A stretch of 35,477 nucleotides of DNA from Nemertoderma westbladi. Lineage: Eukaryota > Animalia > Xenacoelomorpha. Numbering within the stretch: position 1 is the first letter of the stretch; each line of letters starts with the position of its first letter. Below the pieces are notes generated by a model. It worked only from the letters and a program-made list of their open reading frames with translations, was not told the origin of the DNA and did not search any database. Position numbers and translations under genes: made by a program. The stretch covers positions 1 to 35,477 of the forward strand of contig JAUCBJ010005201.1 in the NCBI GenBank assembly GCA_032718475.1, given 5' to 3'. This document shows positions 13,401 to 24,001 of the stretch, one piece after another.

Positions 13401-16400
13401 TAATTTGCAAGTTAGCAGTGGTCCAATAATGTCCGCTAAATTCTTGGATAATGTTCGATCCATCAATAATTCTAACACACGAATATTCGCTGGATCTTTT
13501 AGAGATTTATTTGGAATAAACTTCACTGATAACAATCGTGCATCCATTTTTCTCAGTCCAAAACTAACAGGGTTTGGAAGTCTTTCACCACTAAGCATTG
13601 AAAAAAGAACGGCAACAGCTTCCTCAAAGAGATGTAATTCTATGAGAGATTCTAACCGTAGCAAGCGAGATGTATAAATGCGTTGTAGATCCCGGCAAAC
13701 ATTGCTAGAGAAATATTCGAATAGTGTAAGCACTGGAAGAGCAGGAAGGTAGTGGGTGCTCCGAACTAACTCATTTGCTGTCCAGTGTAAAGCAGCTATT
13801 ACGCCACGACTGTCTGCTCTATGTAATTCACTGCCCAGAAAGATGCCTGGAACGAGAAAATTAGTTTCACACCCCGCACCAATACTATATGTAGCATAAT
13901 CTCTGTTTGCACTCGGATGGGGCAAGCTGCACCCAAATAACTTCTTAAAAAACATAGCTGCAAGTAAGCAGGCTTCAGTTCGGGCTTGGATGTCCTTATA
14001 TAAGATGTATTGGCCAATTTTGCTTGCTAAAACGCCCCCTAATAAGAAACCCCATATTCCTACATCAGGTCTTAAACTGAATGTAGATGACCTCCAGGCA
14101 GTTAAACTATTTAGTGTTCCAGTAATCAAGTCTAATGCTGAATTCCACCAATGCAAGGCACTTTTGGTTTTCCTTAAATGATAAAATACATTACCAAGTT
14201 CATTCATTGCTTGAGCAACCAGCCCAACTTCACCAGTAGATTTCAACAGCTCTATTGCATTCTCATATGCCGATATCACAACAGCACTTTGTGATTTACG
14301 AAGAGGCATTGATTGAATATCACTAAGCAATTCAAAGTTGCAATTGTGAAGATTGGGTGGTGTGTTTGATGGGATTTCTTCCTCACCTTTAATGAAGCTA
14401 ACACGAGATCCAGGAGTATGAAGAATATCACAGGAAGTACCTTGGTGTGATGCCAAATATAGTATGAGAAGTCTACGTGCAAAGAGCAGTGAACGTGCTG
14501 TGTAATGACTCAGATCTAATGCAGTACGTAGGTGGTCTAAACATCCAGATATATCTAAAGGAACTGAAACTAATTGCATAGCACGCTCCTCTTCTGTTGG
14601 CTGCGGCTGTCCATCTTCATAGACAGGAATATCAATTGGCTTACTGAAGAAACCATCCTTGAATTGGATAACAGCTTTGTAATCAGAGTACACTGGGAAA
14701 TGGATATCAGGTTGTTGAGACACTTCGCCACCGTTGATATCTAGACGATCCAACAACTCATGTTGAGCATGAGCAATTAATGGCATAATTTGTTCAGCAT
14801 AACGATTATTTGAAGCTGCATTAAGCCGAGTCCCTAAATCCACTAGTGTTTCCCATTTAAAGCTTCTATGTAGAACTTCAAGGGTTACAACCGCGATAGA
14901 TTTGATCCAACGGTTATCCACTGTGCTCATATCATCGAGAGGTATCTCAAAACCAAGCGGTGCACCACCATGTTCCAAACGTTCGACACCCATCAAAGGT
15001 GTCTCCCAATGTACAAATTGTCCTTTACCTCTTGCTAAAGCTTTAGTTGTAAGAGCTAAAAATTCCCCATCCAATGCCACCAACATATCTACAACATTAT
15101 AGGAACACATTGCAAATGCTTTAATAGAAATTAGACACAGTTCATCAATCTTCAATAGTGGATGAGGACCAGAACAGCAATGCATTGTAGCAGATTTATG
15201 AATATTGTAAAGGATTTTTCCCAAATTTTGAAGTTGAGTCCAATGCTGACCCCTTCCAGCCAATGTAACAGCCCGAACGAGCAACTTATAAACAACAGTT
15301 AGCATTGCTTTCAACTCAGCTGCTTCCATTTCAGGTGTAACTAAAGGTTCATTAATAGCTGTGCTGGGTGTTTGAGTGGTAGTAACTCCATCTGACGCGC
15401 CACTGCGGTAGGTACGTGGAGTTGTTGCCATTGAAGATGCTTCGAGTTCAGGAGTGGGAGGAGCCGCAATCTGACCAATGGCAGCCATAGCTGCAGCATC
15501 CAAAACATCCATATCAATATCTTCTTCAGTCATACCAGATGATACATTAAACCCATTAGATATATAAGGCCTACCATATTCAGATGTGGTTGCTGATTCA
15601 GAGCATTCCCAACCAATAACTGGCCGACCAGCTGCATCAATAGTAAATTGATTAACATCAAGATTTGAAGTTGTTCTTAAACTTGCTTCTTTCCGAATAA
15701 CTACTCTGTTCTTGTCATAGAGTTTTGTTAGAAACATTTCATACAAGCACTGTGCATGTAGTCCATTCATCTGTGCCCGATAAGAGTGTTCAACAGAACA
15801 TATCTTCCTCAGATGTTGCAGACGGTCTGCTTTTTGGACCATAAATGGAACCAGAGAAGATAACGTTTCCATGGCTGGTGCCTCCTTGTCAACTACTTCT
15901 GTACGTTGCGCTTCACTCCACCCAGGATTCATTTTCTTATGCCAAGCGATTAATTTATTGCGCCGTTTACTCCTATCCTTCGCAAGTTGTATTTCTTCAC
16001 GTTTTCCAAGCTTCTCTACAGGCTTGTCTGCTTTTGTGTATGTAACAACGGCTGCTGCATATTTTTTGGATTCAGCTTCAGCTGCACCAGCTTGTCGTAG
16101 CATAGATGCTTTATCACGGGGAACTAACTGTTGATGTCGTTTATCCAACCATATTGATGTTTCGTCAAGCCATTCCAAACACAAAGACGCTTTCCCTTCT
16201 AACAAACCTTTATGTAAAACCTGTACAAAGAACTCCAAATAAGTTGGTTTACGTCTAAATTTTAACACCTCTTTCATTGCAAGATGGCTAGGTAATGTAG
16301 CAATATATGCATAAAGAATATTAGGATCTTCAAAACCAGCCAGCTCTTCAGGATGGGATGGTAATTTAAGAAGGGCAAGCATAGCAGTTTGCAAAGTCTG

Positions 16401-19400
16401 CACATGAGGATCATCGCAAACTTCAACCTTTACACCAGAAACCTGTTGGCTCTTCTTCGTTTTTCCCTTTCCTTTCTGCTTCGCTTTACTTTCGAAATTT
16501 TTATCTTCCTGCTCTTCAGCTGCAGGTTCATCAACAGCATCTTCTTGTGGTAGGAGACTAATACCACTGGCCTCTGTAGTGTCCAAACCACTAGCAGCTT
16601 TCTCCATAGAAATAAGCAGCTTCCTGCCGGCTTCATTAACTACTCTCGCCGGACCACTTTGTTTCCATTGGCGAAGTATTCTAGCCAAATGATAGGTTGT
16701 CACGGCTACTATGTGATGCACTGCGTCAGTAGCAGCTGTCTGTTTGCGTTGCCTTAAGGATGCGGGTAGCTCCACCAGTACACAGTGAACCCTGAGAAGA
16801 ACCTGAACCATGGGAATACTAGGAACCTGATAGTGAACCATCGGAATTAGTAAACCATAGCACATCAAAGCTGCCTGCATAGCTAATGGAGGCTCATTCA
16901 ATACCCCAGCCGTTTCCATAGCAACCAGTAAATGACAACACTCGTGCAACCTAGCAACCTGTCGCTCAGCTGCGGGACCCTTTTCACACAAGGCGCCAGG
17001 AAAGAAACGGGATTCCTTTACTTTTATGTCAACAGATACGAAAATAGAAACAACAAATAGACGCAATAATATTGGACTCACATTTTCCATCTTAGTAGGA
17101 TCTAAATGATTAGTGACCATGGTAAAATCATTAGCTCTGTAGTCAAGTATTTTAGCATCAACTTCCAAGGTAATTGGGTTCTCAATAAAATGGCCCCACA
17201 ACACCTGACTGGCCTTTGTGGCCACGTGATAGACCCCAACCTGATAGGCTGTCTGTGCAAGAAGTCCCCAAGCGGTTACCACGGGGAGTGGAGTCATGGC
17301 AACCAAAGGCCGACAAGATGAACCAATACAATCGCCAATGAGTTCTCCATCCGGGGTGTAGGCTGCCACAGCAAACACATAGCGTTGCCCGGCCTGTAGA
17401 CCAGTTATATTGAACTCCGTCAACTGACTGGATTGTTGGACACCAGTACCAGTAAGGAGGTTGTCATTGAGACGGGCCTTGTAGTTGCCAACGGTTACTG
17501 AATGACCAAATACGGCATACCATCCCACTGGTTGATCAGAATGCCAGTCCCTAGGCTTGAGCGTCATAGTAGAGTCCGTTCGATCGATTAACAATGGAGG
17601 TGGTGGTATGTTGGGATTTTTATTGGGAGCAGAATCAACAATGTTCTCCTCATAGACTTTATATTCCGTCTGCTGGTAGCGCTGCAAGGCGATACAAGCT
17701 TCTTGCATTAAATGGGTCTTGTCTTTGGCCGTTAGGCCAGTGCGATGGCCAACCTGGGCCCGGGCGATATAACTCAGTGCCTTTGCCAACGGGTTGCCAC
17801 TAGGAGCATCGAGCAAAGCTGGCGTTTTCCCTGGTAAACCAGAAGAACCCCTAAGTTTGCATTGCAATCGCTGACCCGTTAAAAATAGTTCCAAATAAAT
17901 GTCATTGTATATGTTAGCCAGTAATCCTGGTCGGTGTTCTTTTCTTATGTCCTCCAGGGGCGCCATGGAAACATCGGATATACAAGCCTCACGACGACCT
18001 CTAGAGGCCATCCCTGAAGTGACAACATGATAAGCCCGTTCCAACTGTCCCATTGTGTTATGTTCTAGAATTGGTTTTAATGATCGCGACCCAGTCGATC
18101 GTAGCTCAGCCTGGGTCTGCGAGCGAACCATGAACTCGTGAATGGAGTCCCGTCGTTGAGAGCTGTCCACCACCATCTCCAACAGCAATGCCAATCGCAG
18201 GGAGCACTCGGCTGTTGCCGCAGGGTCTGCGTAACCAATGTCCGCCCAACACATAATCCTTTGGGTTTTATCCAACAGGTCAACCCACTGCAACGCGTTC
18301 TCAACTCGCGTAAACTGCCGAGCCCCGTCCCCCAACAAGGAGCCCGTTTGAAACTTTTGAAACACTGACTTACAGCGTGACCATAGCAATAAAGTAACAT
18401 CGGTTAGAACGTCTCGTTCTAATAGTTCAGGATTAATATCTAAACAGTCCAACAAGGTATCAGCTAATTTATGTAAATTATGTAAAGTGTAGGCAGCTTT
18501 GTTGGAGATCGGTATACTTGGTGCATTAGTTTCAGTTTCAACCTCTTCAACGGCATTAACTGGTTCGTCTTTGTCTTCAACATCCTCATCAACTTCAGTC
18601 TGAAGTTGTACTCGGGATTTCTTTACTCTGATTGTTGTTGCCACTAACGGCTTCAACATTTTTAAAATTGTTAAGGTTTTTTTGTATCCAATGAAATCAA
18701 CTTTGCTACCAATATATCCAATAAGAAGATTGGATAACGTATCGAATGTTTCCCAATTTTCAAAATTAAACGCCGCGTATGTAAATCTCATAGCTGATAT
18801 TAAATCAACGCCATCGCCCTTAGTAACAGCCAATGACATCATAAAATGCTGGTCGGTGTTATCTAACATTCCATTGAGAGACTTTTCCTTGGAAGATTCC
18901 AAGGAGCTTCCTATTCCCCCAGCAATCAGCTGAGAACCGGCGGAGAATAACTCGTTGTAAATATCCAATTTATAATCGACATCTGGGAGGGATGGTTGCG
19001 CCACCCTGCGGTGAGTTCCAGTAAGCGCTTTCAATATCCCGAGCATTTGGGCTGCCGACCCCTGGAATAGTAAATCCAGGGTTCTCTCTACGGGGTTCCT
19101 GGGCCACTGATTCGATACGTCACGGAGTGACCGAGTTTTAAACTGCTTCAATAGAGCCCGACGTTTCTTTAGTTCAAACACTTGTTTCGCGAAGAGAAAC
19201 ACACCAAGGCGAATGGAAGACTCGATAAAATAAGGGGAAGTTGTGACGTCATTTGGATTATCCGACAGCTCTTCTAGGTCGCTAAGTTCTTTTACTTTGG
19301 CGGAACAACGTTTAAAATATAGATCGGCCTCCCCGGAGCGGTTACTCTGGGTGTATGCGTCCAGGACAGCGGCGTACAAGGTGGTCCGCCACGGAAGGTA

Positions 19401-20141
19401 CTCGGGCATCGCCAAAGGCAGATTCAGCTCGACGATCTGACTCGCCCAATGCAAGAACTCTAGAAGTCTGTTAGAATGACCACCCAACTCGAGTAAACGT
19501 ACACTAATCTCGTACATGTGGGCCGAGCCACCGAGTACGACCCAAGCCAAGCATTCATGCGGCCAAACCAGTTGCGTCAACGCTCGTAGAAACACTAATA
19601 ACTTAAATAATTCTTCGACGCAGAAGTCAGCATTGAAATCGCGCTCTATTGCGTCACGAAACTGCGATATCGCTTTTCCCAAGAGAGCCTTGTAGGTGTA
19701 GTGGGCCATGACGCCGTACATCCCATCCAATAGGAAGGTCGATTCTATTGACTCTGGGCTGTTGAATGTAGTGAGGTCGTGGGAAGGGAATCGGCTTAGG
19801 TAACGGGAGTAACACTGATGCAAAGCCAAACTGTGTTGCCCTTGTTTCAACACAAATTGCCCAGTTTCTATGACGGCGCCAGCGAATGTGACTGAGTCCA
19901 GTCGACATTCGTATTTATTCCAAATTCCAAAGAGAACATTAAAGTTCCGACCATATGGAACCTTTCTATCGCCTCCGAGTTTCGTTTTAGTGGATTCCAG
20001 TTGTTTTCTAAAGGCTACGAGTTCATTGTTGAAATTGAGTAGCAAGGGGTTGGGTTTGTTAGGGTCGCTAGGCTCGTAGTAACTAGCAGTACGGATAACC
20101 GGCTGGTTCTGGGCCACTTTGCGAGCCAAATAGTTCGCCAT
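10473..20141 (-). CDS. CFAP54: Cilia- and flagella-associated protein 54 (central pair C1d projection), single uninterrupted ORF of about 3222 aa
   Basis: N-terminal motifs (NPLL...LFGIWNKY..RL...LALHQCYSRYL...YLPWRTTLY.AV) match the CFAP54 N-terminal domain as I recall it. Internal FN3-like segment PPPPLL...YVFAVAAYT. Length fits the family. The ORF track starts at GTG 20201; the first ATG is at 20141 (MANYLARK). Confidence 0.92.
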   Translation of the reverse strand: MANYLARKVAQNQPVIRTASYYEPSDPNKPNPLLLNFNNELVAFRKQLESTKTKLGGDRKVPYGRNFNVLFGIWNKYECRLDSVTFAGAVIETGQFVLKQGQHSLALHQCYSRYLSRFPSHDLTTFNSPESIESTFLLDGMYGVMAHYTYKALLGKAISQFRDAIERDFNADFCVEELFKLLVFLRALTQLVWPHECLAWVVLGGSAHMYEISVRLLELGGHSNRLLEFLHWASQIVELNLPLAMPEYLPWRTTLYAAVLDAYTQSNRSGEADLYFKRCSAKVKELSDLEELSDNPNDVTTSPYFIESSIRLGVFLFAKQVFELKKRRALLKQFKTRSLRDVSNQWPRNPVERTLDLLFQGSAAQMLGILKALTGTHRRVAQPSLPDVDYKLDIYNELFSAGSQLIAGGIGSSLESSKEKSLNGMLDNTDQHFMMSLAVTKGDGVDLISAMRFTYAAFNFENWETFDTLSNLLIGYIGSKVDFIGYKKTLTILKMLKPLVATTIRVKKSRVQLQTEVDEDVEDKDEPVNAVEEVETETNAPSIPISNKAAYTLHNLHKLADTLLDCLDINPELLERDVLTDVTLLLWSRCKSVFQKFQTGSLLGDGARQFTRVENALQWVDLLDKTQRIMCWADIGYADPAATAECSLRLALLLEMVVDSSQRRDSIHEFMVRSQTQAELRSTGSRSLKPILEHNTMGQLERAYHVVTSGMASRGRREACISDVSMAPLEDIRKEHRPGLLANIYNDIYLELFLTGQRLQCKLRGSSGLPGKTPALLDAPSGNPLAKALSYIARAQVGHRTGLTAKDKTHLMQEACIALQRYQQTEYKVYEENIVDSAPNKNPNIPPPPLLIDRTDSTMTLKPRDWHSDQPVGWYAVFGHSVTVGNYKARLNDNLLTGTGVQQSSQLTEFNITGLQAGQRYVFAVAAYTPDGELIGDCIGSSCRPLVAMTPLPVVTAWGLLAQTAYQVGVYHVATKASQVLWGHFIENPITLEVDAKILDYRANDFTMVTNHLDPTKMENVSPILLRLFVVSIFVSVDIKVKESRFFPGALCEKGPAAERQVARLHECCHLLVAMETAGVLNEPPLAMQAALMCYGLLIPMVHYQVPSIPMVQVLLRVHCVLVELPASLRQRKQTAATDAVHHIVAVTTYHLARILRQWKQSGPARVVNEAGRKLLISMEKAASGLDTTEASGISLLPQEDAVDEPAAEEQEDKNFESKAKQKGKGKTKKSQQVSGVKVEVCDDPHVQTLQTAMLALLKLPSHPEELAGFEDPNILYAYIATLPSHLAMKEVLKFRRKPTYLEFFVQVLHKGLLEGKASLCLEWLDETSIWLDKRHQQLVPRDKASMLRQAGAAEAESKKYAAAVVTYTKADKPVEKLGKREEIQLAKDRSKRRNKLIAWHKKMNPGWSEAQRTEVVDKEAPAMETLSSLVPFMVQKADRLQHLRKICSVEHSYRAQMNGLHAQCLYEMFLTKLYDKNRVVIRKEASLRTTSNLDVNQFTIDAAGRPVIGWECSESATTSEYGRPYISNGFNVSSGMTEEDIDMDVLDAAAMAAIGQIAAPPTPELEASSMATTPRTYRSGASDGVTTTQTPSTAINEPLVTPEMEAAELKAMLTVVYKLLVRAVTLAGRGQHWTQLQNLGKILYNIHKSATMHCCSGPHPLLKIDELCLISIKAFAMCSYNVVDMLVALDGEFLALTTKALARGKGQFVHWETPLMGVERLEHGGAPLGFEIPLDDMSTVDNRWIKSIAVVTLEVLHRSFKWETLVDLGTRLNAASNNRYAEQIMPLIAHAQHELLDRLDINGGEVSQQPDIHFPVYSDYKAVIQFKDGFFSKPIDIPVYEDGQPQPTEEERAMQLVSVPLDISGCLDHLRTALDLSHYTARSLLFARRLLILYLASHQGTSCDILHTPGSRVSFIKGEEEIPSNTPPNLHNCNFELLSDIQSMPLRKSQSAVVISAYENAIELLKSTGEVGLVAQAMNELGNVFYHLRKTKSALHWWNSALDLITGTLNSLTAWRSSTFSLRPDVGIWGFLLGGVLASKIGQYILYKDIQARTEACLLAAMFFKKLFGCSLPHPSANRDYATYSIGAGCETNFLVPGIFLGSELHRADSRGVIAALHWTANELVRSTHYLPALPVLTLFEYFSSNVCRDLQRIYTSRLLRLESLIELHLFEEAVAVLFSMLSGERLPNPVSFGLRKMDARLLSVKFIPNKSLKDPANIRVLELLMDRTLSKNLADIIGPLLTCKLVIQQTNLLIALASTIYAIPDDIPLEIDGVATAQTDQSLATSPRSIKPRRGGPKTVDLLLRLATDAKSESEGEESDTEARVPLSTAHLLTGSSQPLTSGVIKGTLLMAAERNLQRLIKVLTSPSAYSKTSAELEILIQCRIQLATLISQRHHCSSAASMALSALNELKTAECIVNTNLVYTKSHEYENVQSRHKLDIRLWSNCRMAIIDSLLCQIKGVGVIGDINNLVRDIAECSDYCLEGMKEALNANNIDVLADLWYKYAVVGIKNGVATETTQNSLIKCISYLEGLPQLSRHAVQVKTGALVLLADIYGALEHGANDSTTRRLDMYTTVHKMLLNEILQLGQNIEEPLLHECLATPCNPLRNVFLDQFSLLNHVKLRIGHTLSVHYLCTVGSGSDKYKLTLSASILGTALSLCQSVGFRDSNLELEILMTSGKVQRQLNLLGLFSIKDTVSTLMSAIRLCMNTSNDLEILRQAYLEIGICLVDNASIIPYRYGIKESIGGGDNESIVSATSGSDVEGSKASSRPGSRTSEAKITGKHSDRALAKERERCRRGAWVAIRAAAAIGHSSCQRQRLVGATTISGQKLSSSAQMNLPEFMLLDLMLSHGTPNIIDIDGSPNSQNTDSYKCQLSWLHILTYTSLLNQFANTSSVAGLVSAQEDAKHGSLLHSVCSYYNDDTDQSELSHQIVNYPIYATQISLRIAHAHGFFASQLPEYIDQCLPTQQPVIISTLLDTISDQTSSLDAGITITSYGPMLMDPVKRPTADTAASGKVSMTKSPVVSTATDSQLCLQWYSLNMKDNIVLIYAVNHKPYQASKSDPAAYDVGVKFVSRKIVSVIHSKLVNLLNVAEVKSADVEKVERPSPSARVSKSRSSTKSSKSRTSKTKSATEVNPENELLEKLTQIMVLISRELSGKDDVASLPKLKPSLETLTSLEQTFSVSTGATLLSGQLQAWYLRLLLPDRPIESAERYSTPTT

Positions 20142-20610
20142 ATTCGAATCCGCGCCGTAAATTATATAAATATGCAGTAATAATATTATAATCAGGTACA
20201 CTTTTTATAAAAGCATCATATAGGCATACAACTGAATTAAATATAAATTTATATGATTTACGAATTAAAACAATTTCATAAATTAATTAGTATTATTTTA
20301 CATTGAGAACACGCGGTCTCCATTTGGTATCCTATTATATTATATTATTATAACGTTTGTATGAATTACTCCTCGCTGTCAAACGGTAAATGTTGCCCAT
20401 CCCGCCCTTCGCTTTCATATCTTTTTATGTATGTCTGTTTTATTTTATACAGTATTTATATTATATTTATATTTATAAAATAATGAATAATTAATAAGCC
20501 TTAGCAACATTTATAAATATGCCATCGGAAGGTGTTACCTACCTATAAATAATACAAATTCAAAGTGCAATCTCACCACATGGATCTAAATTATATTGTT
20601 GTTGACGTGG

Positions 20611-20623
20611 GTTGCCTGGCAAC
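20611..20623. promoter_or_regulatory. RFX X-box upstream of CFAP54
   Basis: GTTGCCTGGCAAC is a palindromic X-box consensus match about 470 bp upstream of the ATG. RFX factors are established regulators of ciliary genes. Confidence 0.75.
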
Positions 20624-20724
20624 AAGATAATATATTCAATGGAAAAAGACACAATAGAGGTAAATTCAAATTGAGAAATCATAAGTTCATTTGACTAAGT
20701 ATACAGACCATGTCGAATATAGTG

Positions 20725-21351
20725 TCGTCGTTATTCAGGTACCTCCCCCCAAAAATGTTTCCTACAAATCTTAATGAGATTATTTCCATTTTCAAACGCC
20801 TGAAGCTTGAAAGCAAAAATCCTGGAAAAGGAGGGAGGTGAAAACTATCTAGATTTCAAATTTCATGTAATCTCATTAGGATTTGTAGAACAATTTGGGG
20901 GGGGGGGGGGGGGGGGGGTCTACAAGGCTGAGAGATAATTCCCTCTTGAAATTAACTCCCCAGTAATCACCATCCCCAGAGAACACTCCTCAGTCGTCAC
21001 AGGCTAGGCTGGGAACACTCCCCACTTATCTCAGCCTACGCTGAGAACACTCCCCTTAGGCTGAGATGACTCCCGTAATTGAGTTATACTGTATGTAGTT
21101 CATGTGGTATTAGAGTTCAACTGGTATTTTCGTATATTGCAAAAATAAGACTGTAACCTATGTTATTGAGATATCGTTTATTGTTTTGGTTAGAAAAGCC
21201 CGCCACTGTAACCTGCACCTTTCCGTTAACTAAGAAATCTAGGGAGAAAAGTGGGGAGTGTTCTCAACCTAGGCTGAGAAGAATGGGGAGTCATATTTGG
21301 TGGGGAGTTATCTCAGCCTGTTACACCGGGCAGGTACTTGAATAACGACGA
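20725..21351. mobile_element. Composite/nested non-autonomous element with outer 20-bp TIR, inner hairpin and AGGCTGAGAACACTCCCC subterminal repeats
   Basis: TCGTCGTTATTCAGGTACCT (20725-20744) is inverted at 21332-21351 with 1 mismatch. Inner inverted repeat 20745-20782 / 20868-20902. GGCTGAGA..ACTCCCC repeats at 20926-21074 are inverted at 21250-21320. Confidence 0.75.
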
Positions 21352-21580
21352 TCTGCTAGTTTTGAAATACATAACATATTAGTACATGTATGTTCGTTTC
21401 ATTTAATCGTGATAATCAATGTCAATTTCTTAAGATTATATTTTCTAGTTCACTGCGGCTAGCATAAAGGTACTCATTTATACAGTGCAGAGGTGGATTT
21501 AGTTCACAATATTTGTGACCTGTTGTTATTTGTTACCCAAGAGGTCAACGTTTTATGTTAAAATAAATGTTATACTAAAC

Positions 21581-21665
21581 TAGGATATGCCGGTTTGACC
21601 ATTTTCAAACCGGCCAGGCCGGAGCCGGATTTGTAAAAAAAATTCCGGCCAAAGCCGGATTTTTT
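21581..21665. mobile_element. Probable hAT-like terminal fragment
   Basis: TAGGATATGCCGG start followed by clustered GCCGGA(T) repeats. No partner end seen. Confidence 0.35.
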
Positions 21666-22014
21666 TAAATATCACCACATCGCGAATCAGCTATTACCTG
21701 TATGCATGAACAGAAGGTACCGCGTCATTTGGTCCTTTGGGCGTTAGGTCCTGTGTCGACAGATATAATAAATCAGAAATTGTGTTTTGAGTTTCTTTTG
21801 TTCAACAATTTAGAAATACATTACAACTCGCCTCGCCCCGCCAGTACCTACGCAAAATAGCAAACTACTGCATAACTACTGTATGCGTGAAGAAGGGCAA
21901 TGTATTTCCTATTGATAGAAGACATCCAATGCCAAGGTTGATGGGTCCCATGCTTGTTACGGGGTGCACCACTTGCATATAGGATCGCGGTCTCACCATG
22001 GCGATTGCAGGAGT

Positions 22015-22028
22015 GTAACCATGACAAC
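22015..22028. promoter_or_regulatory. Second X-box-like motif, with a weaker one at 21992-22005
   Basis: GTAACCATGACAAC (reverse complement GTTGTCATGGTTAC) and CTCACCATGGCGAT, about 1.9 kb upstream of the CFAP54 ATG. Confidence 0.5.
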
Positions 22029-23206
22029 CCTAGCCTGTGACCCCATAATAACAATGGTTCATTGATGATAACTAAATGAAATAAAACTATGGAATAAATA
22101 AACATTATATGGAATTAATTTGAAATTTATTCGCAAGAATCTGTAGAAAGAAACACAAACAATACAAAATAACATAAAACTAAATTATTCATTTACGTCA
22201 AAACAATCGACAACATACCCATATGTACAAACACAACACTCAGTAACGCTAAATGGTAATCAATAATAAATCAATAAAAATTAATTGCTTAAATATTCAG
22301 AAATATAAATATTCCAAAGTATCACCATAAACTCCTTGGGCTCCTCGGTATTTGCAAAGCCTCGTTGAATAATGATACCAAACAAATAATCTAAACAATA
22401 ACTAATATATTTAATATTAAACTAATAAAAAAATACCCAAAATTATAATAGAAATACTAGAACTAGAAAATACTAAAAGAAAACATTACTGATATCACCA
22501 AAACTGAAAAAACTGTATAAATAATTGCATTAAATTATAAAGGCATTTCCATATGGATTAAAAACTGTTTCATCATTGCATAATAATAAGAACAAGGTAG
22601 TTTTGTCACTCCGTCTCGAAAAGAAATGAACAAGTTAATATTAACGATAAGAATAGATCATGAGAGCGAGAGGTTGTCTGTCATACACGCATTCCTCCAA
22701 CACGACAGAGCTGAATAGATATAAAATAAATATAAAATAACGATAGAAAAATAATATTTGAAACAAATTGTTGTGATTTTATATGTAAAGCCATTTAACA
22801 ATTAAAGTTAAATTAAACCAAAATGAAGTTAATTTGTTTTATTATTCAAAAATTTATTATCAACATTAAATTTGGCTTTAAAAATAATTCAGTATTTTTT
22901 ACAAATTAGAAGCAAAACTTTTCTACTTCGATCGTTCGATGCTCTTTCAACACAATTTAATATGATTTAAGAAACTACACCAAAAATATTTTCACATTTT
23001 ATTATTTTGAATATGAATAGAAATGCAAACCTACGGGTTACTTTTTTCCATAGGGAAAAAAAGTACTCACTTTTTCTTCCGCTTTTTGGCTATCAGAGTG
23101 AAGAAATGTTTCAAGGAAAAGGAATAAAATTAATTAACAAATACAAATAAACATATAATTACATAATATTGCGTAGACCTATTGCGTTGGTAATGTCACT
23201 GGCTTA

Positions 23207-24001
23207 TTATAGGCGCTTAAGGTTTCTGCGGCACTTTCTACTCCCAATTGGGAAGGGGTGCCGTTTACTGGGACTCAAGTCGGTTCCCAGACAAGGAGTA
23301 GAGCCGTGGAAAGGGCACCGACACAAGGTGCAGAAGTGGTAGGAACACCCCTTGGAGGTGCAAAAACCCTGGAGTGCGGGGGGCGCCACTCGAGCGGGGT
23401 ACTCGCATCGTGGACACCGGAGAAGCAACTGGTCGCTCGGGAGACTTTCGGCGACTTTCCGGTACTTCTCGTACAGACAGTACGACTGCCGGGGAGTGCT
23501 CGAGTCCATGGGGGGAGTGCAGACTGTCGGCTGCGTTATAGAGAATGGATTGGACCCGGACGTCCTTGCTACGCTTCCGGAGTACCGAGGTCGGAGGTCC
23601 GGACGGAAGAACGTGCGTTTCTGAGGCGACCAGTTCTGCTCGCCGGCTGCGTTCATTTTCTCGTAAATATTATCGATGAGCTTCACTCGGTATCTGTCCA
23701 CTAATCGGTCGCCTTTTACGATGTCCCTCCAGGTGCGGCAGACCAGACAGGCGCGCCGCAGACTGTCGCCATCGAGGTGACCCAATACGAGGTGCGAGAT
23801 TCCCCTACAGGATAGTCGCGTTACGATGTCATCGGGTACCGACGAGTCGGGATGAGTAGGATTAACTAACGGACTGGCGGTAGCGAAGGAACGCCATAGA
23901 TCGCTATCGTCGTAAAAACCCGATGTATCGCTGGCAATCCCAGAGTCCTGCAAGGATAGGTCGCCAATTCTATCGATGGAGCTACCGGTATTCGATAACA
24001 T
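23207..24001 (-). CDS. FBXO5: Emi1/Emi2 (FBXO5/FBXO43, Drosophila Rca1) family APC/C inhibitor, single ORF of 264 aa
   Basis: DSGIAS beta-TrCP-type degron (aa 19-24), F-box (HLVLGHLDGDSLRRACLVCRTWRDIV), Cys-rich ZBR (CPRC...C...C..FC..C...H...C) and the C-terminal RNLKRL tail. FBXO5 versus FBXO43 cannot be resolved. Confidence 0.88.
   Translation of the reverse strand: MLSNTGSSIDRIGDLSLQDSGIASDTSGFYDDSDLWRSFATASPLVNPTHPDSSVPDDIVTRLSCRGISHLVLGHLDGDSLRRACLVCRTWRDIVKGDRLVDRYRVKLIDNIYEKMNAAGEQNWSPQKRTFFRPDLRPRYSGSVARTSGSNPFSITQPTVCTPPMDSSTPRQSYCLYEKYRKVAESLPSDQLLLRCPRCEYPARVAPPALQGFCTSKGCSYHFCTLCRCPFHGSTPCLGTDLSPSKRHPFPIGSRKCRRNLKRL

Noticed and set aside
10579-20079. Many short overlapping or antisense ORFs inside CFAP54 (also inside the Emi gene and WDR92)
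   Set aside because: Shadow ORFs of real coding sequence with no recognisable domains.
20142-20201. Hydrophobic signal-peptide-like extension of CFAP54
   Set aside because: Arises from a GTG start in AT-rich upstream sequence; CFAP54 is an intracellular axonemal protein.
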